A stretch of 64,000 nucleotides of DNA from Chrysomallon squamiferum (Eukaryota > Animalia > Mollusca): assembly GCA_012295275.1 (NCBI GenBank), contig CM022679.1:27156001-27220000 (forward strand), read 5' to 3'. The notes under the pieces are model-generated. The model ran no database searches. It saw nothing but the letters and a program-made list of their open reading frames with translations, and was not told the DNA's origin. A program made the position numbers and the translations under genes. Position 1 is the stretch's first letter. Each line of letters starts with the position of its first letter. Below, in pieces: positions 30,172 to 45,399 of this stretch.

Positions 30172-33100
30172 ATAAATGAATGAATGAATGAATGAATAAA
30201 ATAAAACATAAAATATCATAATACAGTGTAAATACAATATAATATAAAATAAAACGCAAGAGAATATATTTGTTTTCAAAACTTGGCACACGATCTTGTA
30301 GAGAACTTAACATACGACCTAGATACTCTGGTTTTAAAACAAAACGCACATCAACTCAGAAATTTATTTTCTCTTACATTTATTATTTTAATAATCATAT
30401 GTACTCGCCATTCAAATATTTGAACCAAACCTGCATACGCTAAGGATTCAAGCAAATGTTAGTGTGTTAGAAGGTTAGAATCGAGCGATTTTAATTCTGG
30501 AAAGCATCTCTATTGGGACTTGAGCCTGGTACCTCTAAAACTGAAGATGACGCCTTCGAGTCTGGATAAATTAAGAATTATGTTTATTTTAGTATTTAAG
30601 TTATTTGTTGACATAATGTAAAAAGGTAAAAAAAACAACCCAAAACAACAAAAGAAATAAACATATTATTAAATAAATAATTACTGCTATACTAATAGTT
30701 ATTACTGCTATTAAATATTACGACTTGTACTACTACTGCTGCTACTACAACTACTACTACTATTACTACTATTACCACCACCATCATTACAACTACTACT
30801 ACTACTGAATAGTATTACTGTTACTATTATCGCTACTATAAGTACTACTAATATTATTAGTACAACTATTAGTACTACTGCAACTACTACAACTGATATT
30901 ATTACTTGTATTACTATTAAAGACCGCCATTACAATTACTACTACTATTTCTATTAACACCGTTGTTGCTGTTTGTAACTGCTGCTGCTACTAACACTAC
31001 TACTACTATTACTATTACTACTACTACTACTACTACTACTACCAAACAACAACGGCTACTACCACTAATAATAATAACGATAAAAATCAGTCAGAAAAAT
31101 AGTAAATTAAACAATTGGTGTAGAAGCAATATTATCATCGTTACGAGAGACACAAACAACAATAACAATTATAATAATAATCAAATAAATAAATAAATAA
31201 ATAAATAAATGTTTGTACATTTCATTGAATTAATAATCATAAATTATCATATTTTCATACTCAGTATAAAACATTTTCACACTGCGACATTTTATTTCAA
31301 AACGAACACATCCTAGCCTCGTTCTCACTTAGAAAAACTAGGTCGAAGCTACTCTCCAAACAGCACATTCCATTTATTTATGTCTTACCGAGATTTGTTT
31401 CTTCTTCTTGTGAAACGTCGTCTGGATTTAGAGACAAATGTTTTGTCTGAGTCAGATCAAACAGCGAGCGATATTTTGTGATCTAGAATTTGTTTTTGGT
31501 TTTGTATCATTGTAATGTTTCATACCGCACATACCTCAAGTAGCGTATCTGTGAAATAAATAAATAAAATAAACTTTAACAAAATGATTAAGAAATTGTA
31601 AAATTGTGTGAAGGCTTAAGATACTATGTTAAAAATGTCCATTTATAGTAAATAAAATGAGTTCATAATTAAATATAAATAAATAAATAAATAAATAGGT
31701 AAATAATATAGTAGATAGCTAGGATACACAAATAAAAATGTATGTCCAGACGTAGAGATAGATAGTGATAAACAATATAAAATATATAGATATAGATAGT
31801 GATATATATACATACATATACATACACACACACACAAATACATATATATTTATATATGGCCACTCATCTGTCTGGCAGTCTTTCTATTTTTCCATCCGTC
31901 CATACATCCATCTATCTATCTACCTACCTATCTTTTTATCTCTCTGTCTGTAATTCCATCCATCCATCCATCTGTCTTTCTATCTATCTATTAATCTCTC
32001 TATCCATATATCTATCAGTATACCAATCCATCTCTCTGTTTCTCTATCTGGCTGTCCTGTCCATCTCTCCATCCAACCAAACGTCAGTAATGTACAGTAT
32101 TTTATTTTATTAATTTATAAATAATTAGAAAAGTACAAAGTAGATAGAAAAACTGTTATTGACAAGTAAGTAAATACTCTAGTAAATTCAGTACCTGACA
32201 TACACATATATGTGTGTATGTGGATGTGTTATATAATATAACTGTTCGAAAACTTACATTGAGACAGAAAAGATAAAAGTATTTACAGTTAATTTATGTT
32301 ATGTTTTGAAGATTAACATTAAGTTTTAGTTTTGTAAAATTTAAAATAATATGGTAATGTAGTATGATTATTAAATTAGTTTACATTTTCACAAACTAAG
32401 AAAGTAAGAATCGCAGAGAATTATAATCATGATTATTCTTTTCTTTAGTAAACAGATAAATAAATAAATAAATAGATAAATAAATAAATATAATAAAGTA
32501 AAGGAAAATACAATAAAATAATAATGATGAAAATAATCAAATCAAATCGAATCAAATAATAATAATAATAAATAAATAAATAAATAATGAAAATAATAAT
32601 GAAAATAATAAGAAAATCAAATCAAATCAAATCAAATAATAATATTAATAACAATAATAACAACAAAATAAAATAAAATAAAATAAAATAAAAATAAAAT
32701 AAAAACACTACTATCGATAACACAAACAACAGAAATAATAGTTAAAACTCTTTTGTTTCTTGTTTTTATTTTTTTCTAAGTGAATTGTCTGTAAACATGG
32801 GATTAAAAGGATTATCTGGCAGTGTTTAGATAATTACCGCTGTCCAGTAGTTAAAACTTTCACATAATCCCGACTCACCGAATTATCACCTTCACGTTTT
32901 CAACTTCAGGCCTCAGTAATCAAACTAAAGTTCAAGGTCACTGGTCTCTTTCTGCTTGTTTGTTTTGTCTTTTCATTGCCTTAAAGTAACATCTTTACTT
33001 AGAGATAACAATTAGTTTTCTTAAAGTCTAGCTTCGATTCTACATTTTGTACATCTCCAAGATACTGGAAATATGTAACGTATCTCTTGTGTATAATAAA

Positions 33101-33315
33101 CAATGGAAGTAAAATAACAGATTCATGATTAGGTATCGGAAACGTTCGGTGTGACGTCATTTCTTATGTTGAACACAGAACTTAGAATTTTGTATCACCG
33201 TTCTTCTGAACACGTTTGTATATTTAATAATAAAATCCTCCCTATAAATATATATGCATAGATTTTATTATATATATATGTACGTATATCTATGTATGTA
33301 TGTATTGATAGGTAG

Positions 33316-33414
<99 letters not shown>

Positions 33415-33683
33415 CAGACAGACAGAGAGAGAGAGAGAATTCTAGATTATTAAATGTTTCCCTATAGACTCATTTGTACCAATAACATCTAGATATTTTA
33501 AAATTAATTTTTTCGTTTGGATGAAGACTTCTAATTAACACTTGATGTAAAAACTATAATAATATACATCATGGTAACAGAAAATCCAAAAATTTAGCTA
33601 AGCAGACATATTATTTTTTCCATATATTACACGTTTAATATTAACGTAATCTAATGGTTCTTCTTTGAAGAATACACACTTAG

Positions 33684-33735
<52 letters not shown>

Positions 33736-33962
33736 CCATACACACAGAAATACGCACTCACACTTTACCTGTCCAGACCATCGTACTTACAGTGTGACCA
33801 TTTAAAAAGATTATATGAAATAAATAACTGCTCGCTACTGATTGCTTTTTGCCTGTATTGGGTACACACAGACAATAAAAAAATTCCTATAAGATCGTTT
33901 AAAAATCAAGTTATCAACATTATTTTTTCTCTCTCTATAACAATTAATTTCTGTTTTTTCAG

Positions 33963-34062
33963 GACCTTGTCCAATCAGTCTTCCACTTCAACGTCACGAG
34001 TACCCCACGCGTATTCATCAGATCGAGGCTGAAGAAGAACTTGACATAGATGATTTGGAAAG
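33963..34062 (+). CDS. Internal coding exon of gene 1
   Basis: Acceptor ttctgttttttcag| and donor AAG|gtaagt. Only one frame is open, (R)PCPISLPLQRHEYPTRIHQIEAEEELDIDDLE(R), phase 1 in and phase 2 out, matching both neighbours. Confidence 0.75.
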
Positions 34063-34141
34063 GTAAGTAAACGTAACCATTGTAATTTTTATTTCCCTTT
34101 TGTCTCATATTTTTATGATAATAAATACATTGCTACAGTTT

Positions 34142-34245
<104 letters not shown>

Positions 34246-35791
34246 ATTTTCTTTCTTTATCACAAACATGCCAACAAACATAGCTACTTACGTTAATCAA
34301 CAAACGTAAATGCTTATATCATTGTCTAAAAGGTCTATAGAATAATAATCTATAAAGGTATAAATCTGTATTCATTTGACCTGATAATGTATCTTTCACT
34401 AAAATCGGTCTATATCTAATGTTAATATACAGCAGCATCATATTTAACACAATGAAATACCAAAACAAAAGTTTTCAGTCATTGGAAAACCAGACAATCT
34501 CTGTACATAATTGTGATGAATAATTCTGGAACATTCTGCTGACACTGATAAGAATACATTATTAAACGACTTGTTTTTAAAAAAACAAACAAAAGAAACA
34601 AGTAGTCTCGAATAAAATGTATATTTTATTTATTTGATTCTTTTCTTTATTTAACGGCTATATATACCTCTCAATGTATTTTAATTTGCTTCTTTAAAAT
34701 GAATTTTATAAGTTAGAATAATAGTCCCCAACATCAACAAAATATTCTGTTCCAACATATATGTTCGAAATGATCATATTTGTCAGTTTTGTTTTGTTTT
34801 GTTTAATTTATTTATTTACTTAAATATTTTCAATAATTAAACTCCATATGGAAATTTTTTTTCCCCAAAAACTGAGTTTGGAAAGTTTTATATTTACACG
34901 AAATAGATTGGCATGATAATACTTGTTCCAAGAAACTGGAATCCGTTATATTTACTTGAAATCGCTTACACATTTGAAGAAGTGTATTTTATAAAAACAC
35001 TGTTTCCAGGAAACGGAACTGGAATGTGTTATATTTACACAAATTAGACATATTGTGATAATACCATTTCCTGGAAACTGACGTCATATACCTGACTTAC
35101 CTATCTTTTGACTAATATTTAAACTGTTTGTGTCAGTGTTGTCAAATTTGTTTTTCATTCATGAAGTCTATGCCAACACAAACCCAGAGCCAGCACCTAG
35201 TTAACGGAAATCCGTGTTCATTCGTATGATCTATTGTAAAGAACCTCAATGCACCCAAACTGGCATCTCTTACTAGTATAAGAAGTTCCTGTATTTGGTC
35301 AGTTGGCGAAAGAAGACTGATTTCATGACTTATCGTAAAGAACAAGTACCTATCTTGGCACCTATTACATATGTTAAAAAAGGAAATTTCATTGCTGTTA
35401 ACAGTTCTCGTAACGAACCACAAAGTACCTAGATTGGCATCATTTTCAACAGTAACAATTTCCTACTGTTTTCGAAGAAGCCAAGAAAACATTGAAGTAT
35501 ATCTCGTTGACTTATCATCTATCGTCACAAACCACAAAGGGCTAAGCTTGGCACCAATTACAATAATATAGCTTCCTATTGGTCTAAGGGCCAACGGGAA
35601 ACTAAAGTTAAGTTTGACTGTTTGAATTACCTAACGGAAAGAACCACAATGAACCCAGCTTGGCACCATTAACAACACAACTTCCTACAACTACGGTACA
35701 TGCCAAAGTAGACAGTTGTACTGCGACTCATTGAGAACTTGAAGAAAAAAAATGTTTATAAAGTTGACTTTGGCGCTAGTACATTCAGAAC

Positions 35792-36032
35792 AAGGGCCGA
35801 TCCCAGGACTGTACAGGATGTCTTAATCGCCAAATTAGCTAACGATGAATATATTAGATTACAGTTTTGTAAAATTAATTATTTAGACTCTCAAAATGTT
35901 AGATAATGAACAAACAGTCATGACATTTAATATAAAATTCATAATACAAGAGGCAAATTTTTTTTTCGAATATAATGCTCGGATGGGTTGTCTGCAGAAA
36001 CCTAAGATACCCCCAACCCTTTTAGATCCGCT
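35792..36032. mobile_element. Possible decayed MITE
   Basis: Ends AGGGCCGATCCCAGG and TAGATCCGCTA resemble degenerate GGCGGATCYAG-type terminal inverted repeats about 240 bp apart. No clear TSD. Confidence 0.25.
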
Positions 36033-36381
36033 AATGTTTATCTACGTCTGGAGAGAGAGGTGAATGCAGGTGTAAATTGATGAGATGTTTGGCACGATTC
36101 AATTTAATACGATCTGTCAAACAGTGTAGATTGGCAGGTAGGTCAGAAAACGGACGTTGAACCAGGAAATGACAAATCGTAGTACATATGCTTTTTGTAT
36201 AGCTGGAAAAAAAAGAAGTTCAAAATGATTTTTTTCAGCCTGGGAACCTAAGTAACAAATCATTGATAGGAAAAACCATTATGTATGTATCTGTGATTTT
36301 AATGTATGTGTGTATTTGTTAGTGTCAGGGTGTATTGTGTGTTCTTTTGTTTTTTTTTTATCATGAAATGAAGCTTAATAA

Positions 36382-36477
<96 letters not shown>

Positions 36478-36782
36478 CATAACACAAAATATATATTCTG
36501 AGGAACATGTATAAACACATATATGCAAATACAGATACAAATAAACACAGAGATATATACAAACATAGATACACATACTCTTACATATACACACACATAC
36601 ATTCACACTCATACAAACACACTTATTTAGTTTCCTTTACCAAATGACTATTATTTCCTCAATAATATAATACTTACACGCACTAGGAGTAAATGATGAG
36701 AGGGGTGAAGAGCAGGTTATTTCTTTTAAAAAGAACACATATTCTTTTTTGTTTTATTTCACTGATTATGAATCCTTTTGTT

Positions 36783-36898
<116 letters not shown>

Positions 36899-37497
36899 CA
36901 CGTATAACAGAGATCGTGTCCAAAGTCTAATTATTTCTTTGGTACTGTCAAGCCCAGCTCACTTACCTTGCTTTATTTTCACCACACTCATTAACTACAC
37001 GTGTATTTTATGTCGCTATATAGGAGGATACTTAATTTGTCCGAAGAGGAACGATCGACTGTCATACTACTCTCTACAGTCTAGACGTCCCACTCACAGC
37101 AGCTAGTGTTCGATAGTATGTGGTTATGTCTGTCAGAAAGTGAAAAAAACTCTTGTGTTATAATTAGGAATACGTCTGGGGCATAACCTTGTTAACTAAA
37201 TGTCACAATGCCAAATGTCTCATATCTAGGAGCCGATAAAAGAAACTAAGAAATTGTGCTCGAGTTTGATTTTTGAAAGCTATGAAAATGGCCGCCATTT
37301 TATTACAATTAAATTCTAATTTGTTTAACTATTAATGCAATGTTCTAACATAATTCTGGTCTCTACTTAAATATTTGTGTCATTAATTCTTACTTTTGAA
37401 AATTCGATTTTTTTTTTGGCTTGATTTATTTTGGTGGGAGGTACAGTTTCTGTCCATGAAAGAGTGAGATAGGTTGATCGAGAGAGTGAGAGAAAGT

Positions 37498-37606
<109 letters not shown>

Positions 37607-37709
37607 AAGTGCAGAGACAGTCTGAAACAAACAGATAGACGAGACACACTCATACACGCACATGCACTTGAACATACATATACACACACACACATATATT
37701 CATACATAG

Positions 37710-37828
37710 ACAGACAGACAGAAAGAAGGAGACAGAACAAAGAAAAAAAGACAAAGAGAGCAGCAGAGACAAGACTGTCGGAGTAACTGTGAGCAGTGAT
37801 CTAAGACTTATGTAATCTAAGGCACACT

Positions 37829-37894
<66 letters not shown>

Positions 37895-38021
37895 TAGTTA
37901 CTCAGATAGATACATAGAGGGACAGAAAACAAAGAAAGAAAGTCAAAAAGAGAGGCAGAGACAAGACTGTAGTAGTATCTGTGAGCAGTGATCTAAGACT
38001 TATGTAATCTAAGGCACACTC
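37710..38021. repeat. Local direct duplication (~110 bp) separated by a CA microsatellite
   Basis: GCAGAGACAAGACTGT...CTGTGAGCAGTGATCTAAGACTTATGTAATCTAAGGCACACTC at about 37763-37829 and 37955-38021. Confidence 0.9.
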
Positions 38022-38122
38022 CGGTAATTTAGTTCAAGGCTGTCAGTGCTGACCAAAGCTTATTCAGACTTGTTTCTGATCCGTGAAAAAACTGTCCGAT
38101 GTTTGACCATCTAAACTACATT

Positions 38123-38358
38123 TCTTTGAAAAGCAGTGTTACTTAGAATTAGCAGATTAACGGGATAAAACGTTGTACAATCTGACAGTGACAGTGAAAT
38201 GTTGGTTTACCAGAAGGATTAAAATCGTCACGTGTAAATTAACATTGAAACCGCAGTCCATTCGCTTCAGTTTGTTCCGTTATTTAATCGGTTGTCGTCG
38301 CCTGACCCTGCAGGTCACGTACGTGATGTTGACCCACACCTCCACCTTTTGTACGTAA
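38123..38358 (+). repeat. Left arm of a ~235 bp inverted repeat
   Basis: Colinear reverse complement of 42545-42780. The two 61-aa ORF-track translations are visibly near-identical. Confidence 0.95.
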
Positions 38359-39548
38359 CGTTGACCTAGACAGCGCGCACGTGATCTGTGACCCGGTGAC
38401 ACTGACACTCTTCCGATGAGTTAACGAGTCAAAACTGTTCTGTAATAGATTGACTGCTTATTCGCCTGGTCATTGTTTTGGCATTATTTATTTAATATTA
38501 TTATTAGTAGTAGTATTAGTGTTAGTAGTAGAATTGTAATAGCAGTAGTAATAGTAGTAGTAATAGAAGTAGTAGTAGAAGTAGTAATAGTTATAATAAT
38601 AGTGGTAGTAGTGGTTTTAGTAATAATATCATCACCCTGATCATCTTTATTATTATTATCATCATCATCATGATCATCAACATTATCATTATTATTATTG
38701 TTATTATTATCATCATCATCATCATTATCATTATTATTACTACTACTACTACTACTACTACTACTACAGCTGCTGCTGCTACTACTTAATCTACTGTTTC
38801 AATCAGTATCAGACGATTATTGAAAAACCCATGTAGGGCACAGTGAGGCAAGAAGCCCATCAAAAGCCAAACAAAGTCACTGAAGCAAGAGACAGTTCAT
38901 ATCAGATACAAATTACTGAGTCCCAGCCTGGATGTGGAATATCACAAGCTTTTTAAGACAAACATAATCAATGTCTGAAAATAAAAATTTACTTTTGGCT
39001 ACTAATGGTATGTATAGGGCAAACCTTCAAATCTTCTGAATCACTTCGGGAAAGTTAAGTTAGTTAGACTTTCAGAGGCAGAAATCACTAAACGTGATTA
39101 CCCATGCACTCTCTGTGATTCGCTTATTCACAAACTTACAATCTTTCTACTCTTTTCTCCATCCACTAGTTATAGCTACCCATCTATCTGTCTGTCTGTC
39201 TGTCAATCTAAGAAACTAACCGATTTTTCATCAGCTGCTTGATTCGAGGATTGGTTAAAAAAAAAAGTTTCAAACGGAAATTAATAAAGTAAGTATCTCT
39301 TGATTTCTGATATTTAGGGGGGTGCGTCTTGCCCCACCCTACCCTGTGTTCTGTCTTGTGTGTTTGAAAGGACAGGTAAACGATTCCTAGTTGCTAAGTG
39401 AATATTAACCCTTTGTGGGGCGGCTGCAGATTTCTTTTCCATGTCTTTTTGCTCTCTGATTTTATATATAACGCAATATAATCGTAAATTTAAAATTTGT
39501 TGAGTGGTTCGTTCAAAAATATTTCGTTCATTCATTCATTTTGTCCTG

Positions 39549-39612
<64 letters not shown>

Positions 39613-40007
39613 TATTATTATTATTATTATTATTTATTTATTTAATAATCTCTTTTTTATTTATTTGATTATTTAAATGTTGTTAGGCGAAGTCCACTAT
39701 TACATATCTTTTCTATCAAACTGTTTGGCATTAAGACATGGTGCAATAGATTCAACAGTTATACATAAACATCAATTTCTTATACATCATACATAATTCT
39801 ATCATACATAAATTCTCTTGAGCTGCTAATCCAAATTCTTTTTGTTGAGAACACATCACAGATATTCAGCAGAAGAAAACATATTTTAGATGTCTGACAC
39901 TCTTATAAGAAAACGCCAATCCTCACACATATATACTAAATAGAATATACGTCCGTTAAATATTTTTTTGATCTAAATTTAACGTAGATAAAAATTACAG
40001 TACACGT

Positions 40008-40085
<78 letters not shown>

Positions 40086-40685
40086 ACAAGGTTACGCTAC
40101 AAATGGCCAAGTTCCGCAAACAAATCGTTTCCTGGTTCAAGGCAAATTTTATAATAAAAAAAAAAAAAAAAACAAAAATAAAATAAAAAATACAATAACC
40201 TGACGACAGATACAACACATGGCTGTCACATACTTCAAATGACATTTTACAATGTGAACAGCGATAAAACACGGGCAGGTCTAGGATTTCAGAAAAAAGA
40301 AGGGGTGTATCGTCATAGTTTGATATAACTTTGATAAACTAAATAATAATGATTCTACTATTACTATTTCTACTAGTAATAATTACTTCTATTATTATTA
40401 ATAATAAACTATAATGAAAAAATTAAAATAACAATAATGATTAATACTATAATGATGATGATGATGATGATGATACAAGTGGTAATAATACCTGTGGTAT
40501 TAGTAGCAGTAGTAATTAAATCAATAACAACAATAATAATTCTGATAATAATAATAATAATAATAATAAATACTAATAACTGATGATAATAAAAATATTT
40601 AATAATAATAATAATAATTATGATGATGATAATACATGTAGTAATAATAATAATAATAACAACAACAACAATGATGATGATGATG

Positions 40686-40718
<33 letters not shown>

Positions 40719-41960
40719 CTGATAACAATAAGATAAAAATAAATTTTAAACTATAAGTATGTAAAAATGGCAACTGCGCAATGTACTTCCCTTTGTCCTT
40801 AATGTTTAAATGTAAATCAGGAAGGCTTGAATACGGAAAAAGTATTTATAACACATAAAAACGTATGAACAAACATACAATATTTTTTACCGGGTTAGTG
40901 TAGATGCCGGATTTTATCTTTATTATTTTACATCCAAGAAATATGTGTGTGTTCTTCCTCGAATATTTTACAAAACACAGAGAAACAATCGTTAACAGAT
41001 TCTCCATTCTCTTCTGCTATTTGTTGCCAAGGTTACAGGTTTTGCACGTGCGAAATATAACACTAAATATCAACGCGGATAAAAAATGAAACGTTAGCGG
41101 TACAGAAGCGTCCCAGAAAGATACGAGGAAAATATTGAACGTGTTGAATACTGGCCCCTGTTTTAATCAAAGCAGAAGACAAACGCAGATTATTGAATGA
41201 TAAATTTTTACTCTTCGTGTCATTTAGAAATAACGTAACCTTCACCGTGACATAGAATTTTAATGAAATTCAGAAAATGAAGAAGAAAAGAATTTCTTAT
41301 TCTTTTCTTTCTTTCTTTCTTTTTTTTTTTTTTTTTTTCTTTAATAAAGGTCAAGGTGAGATTAATTTGTTTAATAAAACAAAGAGTATGACGTGTGTTG
41401 TTAAATATTTTATAAATTTAAAAAAATAAAATTGTCAGTTGATTTTGTTTCAGAGAACAACTGAGTCTTTTTCTTGTAGAAAGCGGTATTTAATAGCTAC
41501 AATAATAATTACACTGATGATGATGATCATGATTATAATAATAAGAAGAAAAACAATAACAAAGCAACAATAATGATAATAAAGCACAACAACGACGTCA
41601 ACGATAGCAGAACCACAAGAAAAAAAATCCAGTCATGATTTACCAGTTAGTGACATTAGTTGGAACGTGAAAAATCCTAAAAATCCTATAAATCCTAAGA
41701 ACGAACAATGGTAGTTAATACAGTTATAAGATGCAAAATGTCTTTCAGTTGTTTGACTTAATACATATTCCAGAAAAATGGGGTAAAGAAAACCCAACTA
41801 ACCCACCCTTGAATTAAGATTCAAATCTTCCTAGATTCATTCATGCACAAACACTGGAAATGTGCTTTTAGTTTTTCGTTACAGTAGTTAATAATGGAAT
41901 GTTTACCTTTTTTTTTCTTTTTTTTTTAACAATGAACTCAATGTATTTTATGATTCTCTC

Positions 41961-42086
<126 letters not shown>

Positions 42087-42544
42087 TACACACATACACA
42101 CCTCTAACAGTGTGTAATCTAACAATATGAACTACTGGTCCAGACCAGATTATCTGTTCAAAGTGTATTTCAGACACTGATATTTTGTGAAACTTACAAA
42201 AATATTCTGTTGTTAATACGTAATTTAAATTTAAATAAAAATAAATTTCAGTGTGTGTACCGTCGAACTTCATAAAATGGTCGTTTAAGCAGCAACAAAT
42301 AACACTCGCTCAAACATACGCAGACAAGAACACACGCACACACGCACATACACACGCACATTACCTTCACAAAGACAAATCCGGAAACAAATTATATATG
42401 TGTCTGTGTGTGTGTGTGTGCGTGCGTATGCATGTCAGTACTTGTGTGTTTGTGTGTGTTTCTGTGACTAGTCAGTCACATAGTTGCTATTTGGTTCTGA
42501 AAGCCCAGTCAGACAGAGACACGACGTAAACCAACAGCTAACAA

Positions 42545-42780
42545 TCACGTACGTGACTTAGAGGTGTAGGTCAACATCACGTACGTGACCTGCAGGGTCA
42601 GGTGACGACTGCTGATGAAATAACGGAACAAACTGAAGCCAGTGGACTGCGGTTCCAATGTTAATTTACACGTGACGATTTTAATCCTCCTTGTAAACCA
42701 ACATTTCACTGTCACTGTCAGACTGTACAACGTTTTATCCCGTTAATCTGCTAATTCTAACTAACACAGCCTTTCAAAGA
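42545..42780 (-). repeat. Right arm of a ~235 bp inverted repeat
   Basis: Reverse complement of 38123-38358 with scattered substitutions. Confidence 0.95.
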
Positions 42781-43426
42781 TGAAACGTACAGATCAAATG
42801 ATTGCTTCATTTCATTGTGTGTGTTTGTATATGTGTATGTGTGTGTGTGTGTGTGTGTGTACGCAAGCATTGTATATGTATGTATTTACATGTAATAATA
42901 TTTGCATGTGTGTACACGTGTATGTATATGTGTATGTAATATATATACATGACTGTTTGATAATAATTTACAATTAGTCCGTAAGTATAAGGTTAAACCG
43001 GATAACTTTGCACTGAATTTAAAATATGTCGAGCTAAATTCTTGAGCTATCAAGGAAATAGAAATAGATATGTTACAGATTATGTTTGCATTATTTATTT
43101 TCCAAAATAAAGTGGGTGCAGACCATCTAGGCAAATGATATCAAACTGTACAACCAAAACAACTTTGTATTTTGGTTGAAAATATTTCAGATCGTCAGAT
43201 TCGTTAGCTGAATGGGGAGGTTTTTTTTTGGGGCGGGGGTTTCTTGCCATGGAAGAGTAAATGAAATATTTCTCAAGTCCTTTAAACGAATATATGTAAG
43301 TTTTTTGTGCACACAAGCTTTTATATAGATAACGTAATTTTATTAATCATAACTAACAATGTTTACTTGTTGTTACACATTTTAATGTTTCAAACGATCA
43401 GTATCGTATTACATGGTAATTCACAG

Positions 43427-43527
<101 letters not shown>

Positions 43528-43615
43528 AGTGTGTGTAAATATACACGTATGCATGTATGTATGTATATATTTGTTTACGTACATATGTACATGTTTCTGT
43601 ATATTTCTATATGTG

Positions 43616-43656
<41 letters not shown>

Positions 43657-44433
43657 ATATATACGTTATTAAAATCTAGTGAATCATAACATATTGATCT
43701 TCCTCTATTTCTTTCATTTTATTTCGTGTCGTTTTATTGTTTTCATTATAACATGTCATGCTTATATATAAAATAAAGAGACATGGTATGAGTGACTGTA
43801 TACACAATAGAGAGTCCATTAAATTAGCGGATTATCGTTAATTACTTGTCAACTAAACACAAAATCTGTTCTTAACGAGCGTTAAGGTGGAGACAACTGA
43901 TGTTGATTTTAAACAGTGGCTCAGTGTGTGGTAGGATTATTGCACGACACGTGACCGCAGCAAGGGTTTCGTCCAAACTTTTTCTTTCTCTCTTCTGCAG
44001 TTTTTAAATTCCGAGAAGTGTCCGTTCTTTTACAGAGCGAATAGAAACAGTTTGTTATGTTTGGTTACACTGGAGATAATGTCTCCAAAAAAGAAAAAAG
44101 AAAAATGTTTCTCCGTCTTTAAATGATCTTCTGTCTATTTTGAACCCGAAATACAGACAGAGATTGAAATACTAGTATTTAAAAGCTTCTGAAAACTGAT
44201 AGAAAAAAGACAAAAGTAAAATACCGTAACAAATTTGCTCTACTGCAGAAGATACCGAGAAATGGTGAGAAGTTATAAATAAAAATAAATAACAAACTAA
44301 TTAAAGAGTGGTTATAAGAATAGGATATTTATAGAGTTTTCAAAATGTGCACAGGAATCAGTAAACGAATATAAATGTTTAAGTGATGTTGTATGTATAT
44401 AAAATTTAGGAAAGAACCGGTATATAGGTTTAA

Positions 44434-44473
<40 letters not shown>

Positions 44474-44653
44474 TATAATAATAATAATAATAATAAAGAT
44501 AATGATATTGATAATAATAATGACGATGATGATGATGATAATAATAATAATAATAATCATAATAAAGATAATGATACTGATAATAATAATGGTGATAATG
44601 ATGATGATAATAATAATAATTACAATTGCTATCTTTAAACATATATCTGTTAC

Positions 44654-44712
<59 letters not shown>

Positions 44713-44988
44713 GCAGTTTCATATTTCTAAAAATAATTTTTGTATATATATCATTTTGTCTGTTTGTCTGTTTCTACGTTTCTTTAGCTGACTGACTGTC
44801 ACTCAGTCTCTCTCTATTATCCGTACAATCATACATTTTCTTATTTTCCGTCCATCTGTACATCTGTACATCTGTCCATCAGACTTGTTTTCGTTCTTTT
44901 CATTTCTGAATGCACCAAAATTATGAATCTATATGCTAATATTGGTCATACTAAAGATGATTATACAAATCATTATTTAAGGATAGAT

Positions 44989-45063
<75 letters not shown>

Positions 45064-45399
45064 TTTTAAATATCTATTGTATTTTAATACAGGATACATG
45101 GTACTTAATTGCATATCTCTATTAAACTGGTCTTTTAACATGTATTTTTGTGTCCTCTCACTATTAAGAAGTTCCAATATCACAACTGGCGCAAAGGTTG
45201 TATATGAGTTTTTTAATACTGACTTTTGTGAAGTTCGCATAGGGTCGATTTTTGACGTATTAAGATAAAACACTAAACCTAGCACACTATTAAGCGGAAT
45301 AGTCTTCTTTTCTTTCTTTTTTTTAAATAACTGTTATTAAAATGAATTTCGTATTTTATCACATTGTTATTAATGTATATTTCCTATTTTGTAATAAAT

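Noticed and set aside
35160-35700. CRISPR array interpretation of this array (also considered for the 27.1 kb and 45.4 kb arrays)
   Set aside because: Eukaryotic intron context, no cas genes, and repeats either degenerate or lacking unique spacers.
44001-44264. Possible extra exon (strong acceptor TCTTCTGCAG| and donor ATG|gtgaga)
   Set aside because: Immediate stop in the required phase-2 frame. At most a non-coding or poison exon, with no further support.
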